Shown piece by piece: positions 46,590 to 56,179 of a stretch of 64,000 nt of DNA; position 1 is the stretch's first letter; each line of letters opens with the position of its first letter. The DNA is from Candidatus Latescibacterota bacterium (lineage in GTDB: Bacteria > Latescibacterota > UBA2968 > UBA8231). The stretch lies in the NCBI GenBank assembly GCA_965217585.1, contig OZ244561.1:6720001-6784000 (forward strand). The letters run 5' to 3'. Position numbers and translations under genes: made by a program. The notes beneath the pieces were generated by a model that searched no databases, was not told the DNA's origin, and worked only from the letters and a program-made list of their open reading frames with translations.

Positions 46590-47807
46590 ATGTTAGCTTT
46601 CAAACCACCTAAACCGAGTGTGGCAACGATTCAAATTATACAAGCCCTGATACCGCTTGCGAATCGCTTGTATCTGAAAGGGTTAACGCTGGATGTTGAT
46701 GCAGAGTCCATTGCTCGGTTGGAGGCGATACGTGGGCATTCTACAGTCTTAGCCCCTAACCATCCGGCGCATGAAGATCCTATGGTTATGTTTCTCTTGT
46801 CAAAGCGGTTATCGCAACCGTACTACTATATGGCAGCTCGGGAAGCCTTCGACAGGGGTAGATTCGGGGCTATCCGATGCTATCTGATGCAGCGGGTCGG
46901 TGTGTATTCGGTGGTGCGCGGCACTGTAGATAGAGATGCCTTCCGCATGACGCGGGAGCTTTTGTTTAAGGGCGACTGGCCGATTGTCATCTTTGGCGAA
47001 GGGGAAATTTCGCGCCAAAATGATACCGTCATGCGTTTTGAGAGAGGCATTGTCCAGATGTGCTTCTGGGCGTTGGACGATATGGAAAAAGCGCAAGTTA
47101 GCAAATCGCTCTACGCTGTGCCCGTCGGCATCAAATATCATTATCCGCGCGACATGTGGAATTCTATTGATGCTGCTCTCACGAGGTTAGAACGGTATAT
47201 CCTCCCGCCTGCCGAACAGACGCCAGTAGAACGCTACGATCGGTTGCGCCGCATCGGTGTCGCGATAGTCAGGACACTTGCAGCGGAATATCAGTATGAG
47301 ATGGACGAAACTGTGTCTCTTGATGTACATATCGAAAGGTTGAAAGATGCGATCCTGTCCCATGCCGAAGGGATTATGGGTATCCACCCTGAAGCCGACA
47401 TACTCACAAGGACACGTGCGTTGAAAAACATAGTCGATGCCGAAATCTATAAGGATATTGAGCAGATGACGGAGTACGAACAGAAAATACATGGAGAGCA
47501 GCTCCAGAAGTTCCAACAATTCTATCCCGATCTGGAGCGGTTGATCAATTTTATATCAATTTCTGACGGGTATGTTGCTGAAGAACCATCGCCAGAGCGG
47601 TTTCTCGATGTGATTCTCCGTCTTGAAAGAGAAGTCTTTGGTAGGTCAGAAATGCGAGGGCCGCGGGTGGCATCAGTCCGCGTCGGTGAACCGAAAGATC
47701 TCCGGGAATATTACGACACCTACAGAACTCAAAAAAGAGAAACGGTAGAACAGATAACCCATGAACTTGAAACATCGGTTCAGAGTTTGGTCGGTGGATT
47801 ATCCTAA
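46590..47807 (+). CDS. PlsC-like glycerolipid acyltransferase
   Basis: NHPAHED (HX4D), YYMAARE, VYSVVRG, IFGEGE, VRVGEP. Confidence 0.85.
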   Translation: MLAFKPPKPSVATIQIIQALIPLANRLYLKGLTLDVDAESIARLEAIRGHSTVLAPNHPAHEDPMVMFLLSKRLSQPYYYMAAREAFDRGRFGAIRCYLMQRVGVYSVVRGTVDRDAFRMTRELLFKGDWPIVIFGEGEISRQNDTVMRFERGIVQMCFWALDDMEKAQVSKSLYAVPVGIKYHYPRDMWNSIDAALTRLERYILPPAEQTPVERYDRLRRIGVAIVRTLAAEYQYEMDETVSLDVHIERLKDAILSHAEGIMGIHPEADILTRTRALKNIVDAEIYKDIEQMTEYEQKIHGEQLQKFQQFYPDLERLINFISISDGYVAEEPSPERFLDVILRLEREVFGRSEMRGPRVASVRVGEPKDLREYYDTYRTQKRETVEQITHELETSVQSLVGGLS

Positions 47808-47846
47808 CTCTATGCAGGTAGGTCCTCCGGTTTTCGTAGCGCCCCC

Positions 47847-47925
47847 GCCGGCCATCTTGACATCAACGACGAGCGCTAGCTACTTTCCCTCCTGTACACA
47901 GAGGATTGTCCATGCCCTTCCAAAC
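47847..47925 (+). repeat. Repeat C native copy: iron-ADH promoter and start
   Basis: TTGACA-N18-TACTTT, RBS GAGGA, ATG 47912. Confidence 0.88.
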
Positions 47926-49063
47926 CCACTTCGACTTCCGCCATCCCACCCGCATCGTCCACGGCCCCGGGTCTATCGCCTGCTTGGCGGATTGTTTCTC
48001 GCCGGCTGACAAGGTGCTGATCGTCTCCGACCAGGTCTTAGGGGAAATCGGCACGGTGGAAGCGGTCGTCGCCGCCCTCGGCGACATCCCCCATGCCGTC
48101 TATCTCAAAGACGGTTCGAGTGAGCCGACCGAAGAATCTGTCGAGGCCGGTGCCCAGACTTACCAACGAGAACGCTCCACCGCCATCATCGGCCTCGGCG
48201 GCGGCTCGCCCATGGACGTGGCCAAGATGATCGGCGTCCTCGCGTCCAACGACGGCCGCATCACCGAGTATCTAGGCAGCGGAAAAGTCGCCAACGACCT
48301 GCCCTACCTCGCCTGCGTCCCCACGACCTACGGCACCGCCAGCGAAGTCACGCCCTTCGCCGTGCTGGACAATCCCGCCAGCGGCAACAAAGATCCGGTT
48401 ATTAGCTGGAAGATCGCGCCCCAACTCGGCGTCCTCGATCCCGACCTGTCGGTCGCCCTGCCCGCCCCCATCGGCGCGGCTACCGGCATGGACGCCCTGA
48501 CCCACGCGCTCGAATCCTATATCAACTTAGCGGCCACGCCCATCACCGAAGGCATCGCGCTGCACGCCATCCGCCTCATCGGCGACAACTTGCGCCTAGC
48601 CTGCGCCAACGACCACGCGCTAGCTGCCACCGAAAACATGCTCATCGCCAGTATGCTGGCCGGCGTCGCCTTTTCGCAAACGCGCCTCGGCAATGTCCAC
48701 GCCATGTCCCACCCAGTCGGCGCACATTACCACGTGCATCACGGGCTGCTCAACGCCATCTTGCTGCCCTATGTCATGGAGTTCAACTGGTTCGCCTGTC
48801 CCGGCAAATTTGCCGCCATCGCCGAGGCGCTCGGCGCGCACATTTCCGGGTTAGATCAACGCCAAGCCGCGCAAGCCGCCATCGCCGCGGTGCGACATAT
48901 CAACGCCGACTTAGGCATCCCTGCCAAGCTAGGGGATGTCGGCGTCGATACGGCCCGCATTCGCACTATGGCACACACCGCCATGCAGAGCGGCAACATC
49001 GCCGTCAACCCGCGCAAGACCAGCCAGCGCGATCTCGAAGCTCTATTCCAACAAGCCATTTAG
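47912..49063 (+). CDS. Iron-containing alcohol dehydrogenase
   Basis: GLGGGSPMDVAK, PTTYGTASEVT, GMDALTHALE, HAMSH..G......HG. Confidence 0.94.
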   Translation: MPFQTHFDFRHPTRIVHGPGSIACLADCFSPADKVLIVSDQVLGEIGTVEAVVAALGDIPHAVYLKDGSSEPTEESVEAGAQTYQRERSTAIIGLGGGSPMDVAKMIGVLASNDGRITEYLGSGKVANDLPYLACVPTTYGTASEVTPFAVLDNPASGNKDPVISWKIAPQLGVLDPDLSVALPAPIGAATGMDALTHALESYINLAATPITEGIALHAIRLIGDNLRLACANDHALAATENMLIASMLAGVAFSQTRLGNVHAMSHPVGAHYHVHHGLLNAILLPYVMEFNWFACPGKFAAIAEALGAHISGLDQRQAAQAAIAAVRHINADLGIPAKLGDVGVDTARIRTMAHTAMQSGNIAVNPRKTSQRDLEALFQQAI

Positions 49064-49073
49064 GAGGTCCACC

Positions 49074-50333
49074 ATGTCCCTACCCCGCATGCTCCGCGTC
49101 CGCCAGCATTTCTCCGCACCCACGGTCGATGACATTCCCGCGGCCGTGCGCGCCGAGGTCCAGCGCCTCGACTTAGGCCCCAAAATCAATCCCGGCGAGA
49201 CCATCGCCATCTCCGTCGGCAGCCGCGGCATTGCCAACATCGCGCTGGTGATCAAAAGCCTCGTGGCCGAGTTCAAGGCCCTCGGCCTCCAGCCCTTCCT
49301 CGTCCCCGCCATGGGCAGCCACGGCGGCGGCATTGCCGAGGCACAACAGGAAATCATCGAAGGCTACGGCGTCACCGAGGAGTACGCCGGCGCACCCATT
49401 AAGTCGTCTATGGAAACCGTACAAGTGGGCGCGACCGAGGACGGCGTCCCCGTCTTTTTCGACAAATACGCCTTTGAAGCCGACCACGTAGCCGTCGTCG
49501 GCCGCGTTAAGCCGCACACTAACTTTGTCGGCGAAATCGAAAGTGGCCTGCACAAGATGATGCTCATCGGCTTGGGCAAGCACAAAGGCGCGGCCCTGTA
49601 CCACCAAGCCATTGTCCACTACAGCTTCGACCGCATCATCCGCTCGGTCGGCCAAGCCGTCATCGACCAGTGCGGCGTGCTCATGGGACTGGGCTTAGTC
49701 GAAAACCAGTACGACCGAACCGCGCTCATCAAGGGCGTGGGGGCCGACGAGTTCGTGGAACGCGAAAAAGAACTGCTAGTCCTCGCCAAGCAATGGATGC
49801 CGCGCCTGCCCTTCGACGAAGTCGATTTGCTCATCGTCGATGCGATCGGCAAAAATATCTCCGGCGCTGGCATGGACACCAACGTCGTCGGCCGCAAGTT
49901 CCACGACAACCACGCCGCCGACAAGGAGTACCCCAAGGTCACCCGCATCCTAGTCCGCGGCCTGACCGAGGAGACCCACGGCAACGCCTCGGGCATCGGC
50001 ACGGCCGAATACGCCCACAAGCGCGCCATCGAGCAGATGGACCGCGAGATCACCTACATCAACTGCATGACCGGCAATCACCCCTCGGGCGCACACATTC
50101 CGCTCTACTTCGATACGGACCGCATCTGCATTGAAAAGGCCCTGGAGACCGTCGGCCTAGTCGAGCCTGAAAAAGCCAAGGTCCTGCGCATCCACAACAC
50201 CCTAGAGCTAGGCGAGCTCCTCGTCTCAGAAACCTTTCGGCCCGAAGTCGAACAGCGCGAGGACTTGGAAATCATCGCCGAGCCCGAGGAAATGCCCTTC
50301 GACGAAAACGGCGATTTGCCGCTTGCGTTCTGA
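49074..50333 (+). CDS. Lactate racemase (LarA) N-terminal-like / DUF2088 family protein
   Basis: ISVGSRGIANI, VPAMGSHGGG, GRVKPHT.F...ESGL.KMM.IGLGK, GKNISGAGMDTNV. Confidence 0.8.
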   Translation: MSLPRMLRVRQHFSAPTVDDIPAAVRAEVQRLDLGPKINPGETIAISVGSRGIANIALVIKSLVAEFKALGLQPFLVPAMGSHGGGIAEAQQEIIEGYGVTEEYAGAPIKSSMETVQVGATEDGVPVFFDKYAFEADHVAVVGRVKPHTNFVGEIESGLHKMMLIGLGKHKGAALYHQAIVHYSFDRIIRSVGQAVIDQCGVLMGLGLVENQYDRTALIKGVGADEFVEREKELLVLAKQWMPRLPFDEVDLLIVDAIGKNISGAGMDTNVVGRKFHDNHAADKEYPKVTRILVRGLTEETHGNASGIGTAEYAHKRAIEQMDREITYINCMTGNHPSGAHIPLYFDTDRICIEKALETVGLVEPEKAKVLRIHNTLELGELLVSETFRPEVEQREDLEIIAEPEEMPFDENGDLPLAF

Positions 50334-50385
50334 TTGGGATACTGGCGTACTGGGCTGAAGAAAGCCTTGAAAAGGAGAGAGCATT

Positions 50386-50619
50386 GTGATCCAAGAAAAT
50401 TTCAACCTCGAAAAATCGCAACTGCAATTTCTCGACGAATGCCGCTCGTATGGATTTGAAGATAAAAGTGCCGTTGTGCGGATGGCCCTTGATCTTCTGC
50501 GCCGAGAGATCGCTCAGCAACGGTTGCAAGAGTCGGCAGACCTGTACTCAGAAAGCTACGCAGAAGACGAAGAAACCCAAGAACTGACGGTAACCGCGCT
50601 GTCGGAGTGGCCAAAGTGA
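50386..50619 (+). CDS. Antitoxin (ribbon-helix-helix-like) partner of MazF
   Basis: 77-aa ORF with acidic C-terminus, GTGA overlap with the toxin. Confidence 0.7.
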   Translation: MIQENFNLEKSQLQFLDECRSYGFEDKSAVVRMALDLLRREIAQQRLQESADLYSESYAEDEETQELTVTALSEWPK

Positions 50620-50972
50620 GCCAATTAAAGCGAGGAATGGTCATTGACGTTAATCTTGATCCCACGAAAGGATCGGAAACGGGAAGGATTCGCCCCTGTG
50701 TTGTCGTCACCAACAATACATACAACGAGCGAGTTCCTGTGATCCAAGTTGTTCCGATTACTGCCTGGAGTGCAAAAAAAGCAAGAATCACTACCAATGT
50801 CGTCATTGATCCGTCCCCACAGAATGGTTTGACTAAGAGGTCGGTTGCTGATTGCCTCCAAACACGTCCTATAGACCACCGATCTCGCTTGGTCCGAGTA
50901 CGGGGGAATCTCGGAGAGCCACTTATGACTGCAATTGACCGTGCCTTAAAAATCGTCTTTGCTCTTCTCTAG
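50616..50972 (+). CDS. mazF: PemK/MazF family toxin
   Basis: LKRG..IDVNLDPTKGSE..RIRPCVVV.N, VVPIT, NGL.KRS.A...Q.R.ID. Confidence 0.92.
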   Translation: MSQLKRGMVIDVNLDPTKGSETGRIRPCVVVTNNTYNERVPVIQVVPITAWSAKKARITTNVVIDPSPQNGLTKRSVADCLQTRPIDHRSRLVRVRGNLGEPLMTAIDRALKIVFALL

Positions 50973-50975
50973 CAC

Positions 50976-51884
50976 ATGACCAAAAAATCGCGGGGCGTGT
51001 CCCCCATTTTCTTGGACGAGAAGCCGCAGCGTTCGGCTACCGTAGGCTATACGCGCCGCCGCATTGTGTTCGGCTGGTACGGAGGGAAGTTCTCTCACCT
51101 CGACTGGCTGTTACCCCTGCTGCCGGAGTGTCACCATTACTGCGAGCCGTTTGCTGGTTCCGGGGCCGTACTCATCAACCGAGCACCCGCTCCTGTCGAG
51201 ACCTATAACGATCTCGACGGTGAGATAGTAAACTTCTTTCGAGTACTGCGCGATCAGCACCAAGAGTTGATCCGCGCTATCGCCCTGACGCCGTTCTCAC
51301 GCGAGGAATACTACTATGCCATCTACGGCAACACGGAGGACATCAGTGCCTTAGAACGCGCCCGACGTTTTTACATTAGAGCACGGCAGACCCGCACTGG
51401 GCTAGCGCAAACGGCCTCCCTCGGCCGTTGGGCCAATTGCAAGAATACGAGCCGTGCTGGTATGTCTGGCGTGGTCTCGCGCTGGTTGGGGGGTGTAGAT
51501 GCGCTCGACGAGATTGCACAGCGTCTGATCCGAGTTCAGATCGAAAACCGACCCGCTGTCGATGTGCTTCAACTCTATGACAGCCGCAAAACCTTGTTCT
51601 ACTGCGACCCCCCCTACTTACACGCTACTCGTGGCGATGCCAAAGCATACGGCTTTGAAATGGACGAAGCCGAGCACCGCACGCTGGCGGAAGTCGTCAA
51701 TGCGTGCGAGGGCAAGGTGGCCGTGTCTGGCTACCGTCATCCCTTAATGGACGAGCTGTTCCCACCCGATCGCTGGTTCAAGACAGAGGGACCGGATAAG
51801 ACCATCCATTCTACCAAGGACAGCCGGCGCGAAGTGCTGTGGACTAACTATGAGCCGGAAGTACAAAAAGAGTTATTTGGATGA
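50976..51884 (+). CDS. D12-class (Dam-like) N6-adenine DNA methyltransferase
   Basis: WYGGK, YCEPFAGSGAV, YNDLD, FYCDPPY, EVLWTNY. Confidence 0.92.
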   Translation: MTKKSRGVSPIFLDEKPQRSATVGYTRRRIVFGWYGGKFSHLDWLLPLLPECHHYCEPFAGSGAVLINRAPAPVETYNDLDGEIVNFFRVLRDQHQELIRAIALTPFSREEYYYAIYGNTEDISALERARRFYIRARQTRTGLAQTASLGRWANCKNTSRAGMSGVVSRWLGGVDALDEIAQRLIRVQIENRPAVDVLQLYDSRKTLFYCDPPYLHATRGDAKAYGFEMDEAEHRTLAEVVNACEGKVAVSGYRHPLMDELFPPDRWFKTEGPDKTIHSTKDSRREVLWTNYEPEVQKELFG

Positions 51885-53005
51885 AACTAGAGGACATCCT
51901 GCGTGGCATTTACGAGCGTGCTGAGGCTGCCTTAGTAGATAAGTCCGTTATCCCTGATATATACATCAGGGAACGCGCTGCTTATGTCTGCCACTGCACG
52001 AGCAACCGCGCCGGGGTGCGCCTGCTTATGTCGTGCCTGCTAGGAAAGCTAGACAAGCCCAACGTTGATCCACGCAAACCCTATACTGAAATTGGCGACT
52101 CAGACAGTTTTTCTGGCCGCACCTATGATGAACAACACCTAGCCCCATTCATCAATGAACACCGCTTGCCCGTCAATCAGACGACAGCCTTCCTCACACC
52201 AACACTGAGAAACATCGATCATCCGCTGACCACGGATCGCGAGCTTGTTGGCAGGCCGCGCGACCTGTATAAAAAGACCCTTGAACTACTCGAAGATGTG
52301 GCCGAACAGCGAGTAGCCGCTGATGTACTATTTGTCGAAATCGTTCGTCTTTTTCTTCAGATGCGCGACGAGAAATTGGCTCGTATAAATTCACTGCTCA
52401 AAGGATTGGAACAAACCGAAGGGGCCTTGCCCCTATCGTCAGAGGCCATCGTCACCCTGCTCAAGCAGCACTTGTCGTGCAAACATGCAAGCCGCTTGCC
52501 AGTCCTCGTCGTAGCAGCGGCCTATCAGGCAGCCGGAACGCGGCTTGCCGAACGCATATTGCCGCTAAACCCACACAATGCCGCCGATCTGCAAACCGGC
52601 TCATTGGGAGATGTGGAAATTTGCCTCGTTGGAGAAGATTCTGTTGTAACGGCTTACGAAATGAAGGCGAAGCGAGTCGATTACACCGACATCAACGCAG
52701 CACTAGCCAAGATCATCGGAGCGTCGCATAGGATCGACAATTATCTATTCGTCACCACGGATGTAATCGATCCAAGAGTAGCCGAATACGCAGCCGGATT
52801 TTACGAACAGACCGACGGAGTCGAGATTGCTATTTTGGACTGCATCGGATTTCTGCGACACTTCTTGCATCTGTTCCACCGCATCCGCGCTGACTATTTG
52901 AACGCCTACCAAGAACTGGTTTTAAACGAGCCGGATTCAGCCGTAAGTCAAACACTCAAGGAGGCTTTCCTAGCCCTGCGCCAAGCGGCTGAAAGCGACG
53001 AATAA
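51881..53005 (+). CDS. Putative type II restriction endonuclease (SacI-like)
   Basis: ATGA overlap with the MTase; FSGRTYDE and HNAAD..TGSLGDVE......AYEMK (PD-(D/E)XK-like); family name recalled, not searched. Confidence 0.68.
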   Translation: MKLEDILRGIYERAEAALVDKSVIPDIYIRERAAYVCHCTSNRAGVRLLMSCLLGKLDKPNVDPRKPYTEIGDSDSFSGRTYDEQHLAPFINEHRLPVNQTTAFLTPTLRNIDHPLTTDRELVGRPRDLYKKTLELLEDVAEQRVAADVLFVEIVRLFLQMRDEKLARINSLLKGLEQTEGALPLSSEAIVTLLKQHLSCKHASRLPVLVVAAAYQAAGTRLAERILPLNPHNAADLQTGSLGDVEICLVGEDSVVTAYEMKAKRVDYTDINAALAKIIGASHRIDNYLFVTTDVIDPRVAEYAAGFYEQTDGVEIAILDCIGFLRHFLHLFHRIRADYLNAYQELVLNEPDSAVSQTLKEAFLALRQAAESDE

Positions 53006-53859
53006 TGGACGACCGAGTCCAAGACTACCTATTTGACCTCCAAGGTTATCTAGTCTTAAAAAATGCCATCTCGGCGGCAGACTTGCGCGAGATAAACCAG
53101 TGGATAGACGACCACGAATCGCATGTAGCAGATCCATGGTCAACCGATGGTGATTCAAAGAAAAAAGGCCGCTGGATCGGTCATGTAGAAACGCATACCT
53201 ACAATGAAGAAAATGGCGTCAACTTCCAAAGCATCATCGAGGGTGGCCCTGTTTTTGAGCGCTTGATAGATCATCCCGCTTGGATCGACTTGGTCAAAAA
53301 GTACATTCACTCTTCAGTAAATGGCCTTTCCATTCACGAGAACTTTCTCAACGTCCGCGGTCCGGGTGGTTACATCCACATTCACTGCGGCGGCCACGTT
53401 CCGCTCAGTTATCTGACATTTCGCCAGAACAACACCGGAGAATGGATGGTCGGGCAGATTAACGTACTAATGGCCCTCAACGACATCGGCGAGGGCGATG
53501 GCCCACCTGTCCTTATTCCAGGCAGCCACAAATGCACCGAAATTCACCCTCGGCTAGCAGTGGATGGTCGGGGCTTAGTTTACGACGGCGTGAGCGGCAA
53601 ACCCGCCGGGACCGCCATCGCCGTGCAGGAAATGTACCTGAAGGCAGGGGACGTCTTGTTATTCACGGATGCGATAACACACGGCTCGGCGGAACGCACC
53701 AATCCCGGCTATCGGCGGACGATTGTCTATCGCTATTCCCCAAGATATGTGCGCGAGCGATTCAACTATCAGATTTCGCAAGGACTGTTACAACGTTTGA
53801 CCCCAGAAAGACGGGCAATTATTGAGCCCATTGCGCCGCGGCAACCGTCATCCTCATAG
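53005..53859 (+). CDS. PhyH-family Fe/2OG enzyme with HxG in place of HxD
   Basis: YLFDLQGYLVL, IHCGG, ALND, IPGSHK, AGDVLLF.DA.THGS. Confidence 0.85.
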   Translation: MDDRVQDYLFDLQGYLVLKNAISAADLREINQWIDDHESHVADPWSTDGDSKKKGRWIGHVETHTYNEENGVNFQSIIEGGPVFERLIDHPAWIDLVKKYIHSSVNGLSIHENFLNVRGPGGYIHIHCGGHVPLSYLTFRQNNTGEWMVGQINVLMALNDIGEGDGPPVLIPGSHKCTEIHPRLAVDGRGLVYDGVSGKPAGTAIAVQEMYLKAGDVLLFTDAITHGSAERTNPGYRRTIVYRYSPRYVRERFNYQISQGLLQRLTPERRAIIEPIAPRQPSSS

Positions 53860-53876
53860 CGTTCAAGAGCTGCTCA

Positions 53877-54365
53877 TTAGTAAACCACCGCTACGCACGC
53901 CATCCGCTCCTCGCGCTGCCGATTCGTCTCCACCGCCACCCTGACCAAATACAAACCCGGCCCGACCAACCGGCCCGATTGATCGCGGCCATCCCATAGC
54001 ACGGCGTGGCGACCGGCCTCCCGTCCACTTGGGCCGGAGCGCCATAGGCAACGGCCGCGCAGGTCAAACACCTCCACTACCACCTCGGGTGCGCCCAGCA
54101 CCTTCAGCAGTGTATAGCCGATCCGCACCTCGTCGTTCACCGCGTCTCCCTGCGGCGTAAAAGCATTCGGCTCTACTTCCATTGCGGCCAACACCGACCC
54201 CTGAGCTGTGGCCACGATCCGCAACTGATTGGTGCCCATTTCCTCGCTCACATCCCCGGCCACTACCAACTGGGGAAAACCCGCTTGGCCGCGCTGCTGG
54301 CGCGGGGCGTGGGGCGTCACCGGGCCTATGGCTATGGTATGTTGCTGCTGCGCTCGCCAAACCAA
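53877..54365 (-). pseudogene. C-terminal fragment of an FlgD-Ig family secreted protein
   Basis: PQLVVAGD...FTPQGDAVND...VFDLRGR...WDGRDQSGRLVGPGLY..VAVVY; no signal peptide or N-terminal body. Confidence 0.7.
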
Positions 54366-54480
54366 CCTGCACCCGAGCGTTAAATGCTTCTAGAGGACCG
54401 GACCTGTCAATGGGTGTCCGGACGCGAGTGTGGGATGTGCTGTCAGAGTGGTGGTCAGCATTGGGGAACGGGTCAATCTG

Positions 54481-54509
54481 GTTTCCCCTGCACGGGCGGG
54501 GATAGACCG
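54481..54509 (+). CRISPR. Solitary type I-E-like CRISPR repeat (no array, no cas genes in window)
   Basis: GTTTCCCCTGCACGGGCGGGGATAGACCG, 29 nt, 22 of 29 identical to the E. coli I-E repeat, with hairpin and 3' handle preserved. Confidence 0.6.
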
Positions 54510-54590
54510 ACATAGGTCTGGTCCGTACATTCCATGACCCGGCTTGGGCTTGGCCGGAAATCACCCTCCGAGATGAAGTAGAGACCTACC

Positions 54591-56171
54591 ATGCGTTTCT
54601 TTTGTACCGCCGGCCCCGTCCGCAGCGAAGATCACTATTGTTTGCCGCCTCTTGGACGTCTAGAACTCAATGAGGTGCTGGCACTTATAGACCAACAGAA
54701 GTACTTCGTGCTACACGCGCCGCGGCAGACGGGAAAGACGACTTGCCTGCTGGCGCTGGCGGAACACCTCAATCGCGCCGGAAAGTACCATGCGCTCTAT
54801 TGCAATGTGGAGCTGGCGCAGACGGCTCGCGAGGATGTTCAACGGGGGATGCAAGCGATTTTCGGCGAAATGGCTTCGCGCGCTCGCGATTTTCTCGACG
54901 ATACCTTCTTGTTTGAGCAACAGCGCACCTTGTTTGAACAGTTTGGTGCCGACGGCGTCCTCAACGCCGCCATTACCGAGTGGTCGAAAGCAAGCACCAA
55001 GCCGATTATCCTGTTGATTGATGAGATAGACGCGCTCGTCGGCGATATGCTGATTTCAGTGCTGAGACAGTTGCGCGCCGGATACGACAAGCGTCCGCGA
55101 CACTTTCCCCAAAGTATCATTCTCTGCGGTGTGCGCGATGTCAGGGATTATCGCATCCACTCCACGCAAGAAAAGGCCGTCATCACCGGCGGCAGCGCAT
55201 TCAACATCAAAGCCGAATCCCTGCGCTTAGGTAATTTCCAGCGACGGGAAATTGCCACGCTACTACACCAACATACGGATGCGACAGGCCAAGGCTTTGG
55301 CGACGACGCCTTGGAACGGATTTGGGACCTCACCCGCGGTCAGCCGTGGTTGGTCAACGCACTCTGTTACGAAGTCTGCTTCAAGGCCGCAGAAAGCCGC
55401 GACCACACTCAGCCAATTACCTCTGCAATGATTGAGACGGCCAAGGAACAGATCGTGCTGCGCCGCGAGACCCACATTGACCAATTAGTAGATAAACTTG
55501 CTGAACGCCGAGTGCAAAACGTGATTGAGCCGATCTTGGCGGGCATTGAAAGCACGGCACTAATTCCGACCGATGACATTCTCTACGTCCGCGACCTAGG
55601 ACTGATTCAAACGGACGAAGGTCAATTGAATATCGCCAATCGCATCTACCAAGAAGTGATTCCACGCGAACTGACCTTCAGCACCCAGTTGACCTTTGCC
55701 CATCAACCCGCGTGGTATATCCAAGCCGATGGTCGGCTCGACATGGATGGACTCATCGCCGCCTTTCAACAATTCTTCCGCGAACACTCGGCCGGTTGGC
55801 TAGAGCGCTTCGATTACAAAGAAGCGGGGCCTCACCTGTTGATGCAGGCATTCTTGCAGCGGATTATCAACAGCGGCGGCCGGGTCGAGCGAGAATACGG
55901 GCTGGGGCGCAAACGAACGGATTTGCTGGTCATTTGGCCTTACAAAGGTCGCCTCCAAAAGGTGGTAATTGAACTGAAAATTCTGTATGGTTCCCTGCAA
56001 AAAACGGTCGCTGAAGGTCTGGGGCAAACCCTTAACTACATGGATCTGTGCGCGACTAACGAAGGGCATTTGCTCATTTTTGACCGCGATGTGAACAAAG
56101 CGTGGTCGGAGAAAGTGTTCCGGCGTCCCGAACTCTGTCGCGGCGAAACCATAACCGTTTGGGGGATGTGA
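54591..56171 (+). CDS. AAA-like ATPase with C-terminal PD-(D/E)XK nuclease domain
   Basis: HAPRQTGKTT, ILLIDEID, GGSAFNI; C-terminal REYGLGRKRTDLLV......IELK. Confidence 0.85.
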   Translation: MRFFCTAGPVRSEDHYCLPPLGRLELNEVLALIDQQKYFVLHAPRQTGKTTCLLALAEHLNRAGKYHALYCNVELAQTAREDVQRGMQAIFGEMASRARDFLDDTFLFEQQRTLFEQFGADGVLNAAITEWSKASTKPIILLIDEIDALVGDMLISVLRQLRAGYDKRPRHFPQSIILCGVRDVRDYRIHSTQEKAVITGGSAFNIKAESLRLGNFQRREIATLLHQHTDATGQGFGDDALERIWDLTRGQPWLVNALCYEVCFKAAESRDHTQPITSAMIETAKEQIVLRRETHIDQLVDKLAERRVQNVIEPILAGIESTALIPTDDILYVRDLGLIQTDEGQLNIANRIYQEVIPRELTFSTQLTFAHQPAWYIQADGRLDMDGLIAAFQQFFREHSAGWLERFDYKEAGPHLLMQAFLQRIINSGGRVEREYGLGRKRTDLLVIWPYKGRLQKVVIELKILYGSLQKTVAEGLGQTLNYMDLCATNEGHLLIFDRDVNKAWSEKVFRRPELCRGETITVWGM

Positions 56172-56179
56172 AACCTGCT

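Noticed and set aside
6145-47846. Integron, prophage or ICE
   Set aside because: No integrase, attC-like repeats, phage or conjugation genes seen
54414-54570. True CRISPR array
   Set aside because: Only one convincing repeat; flanking candidates are too degenerate and irregularly spaced; no cas genes
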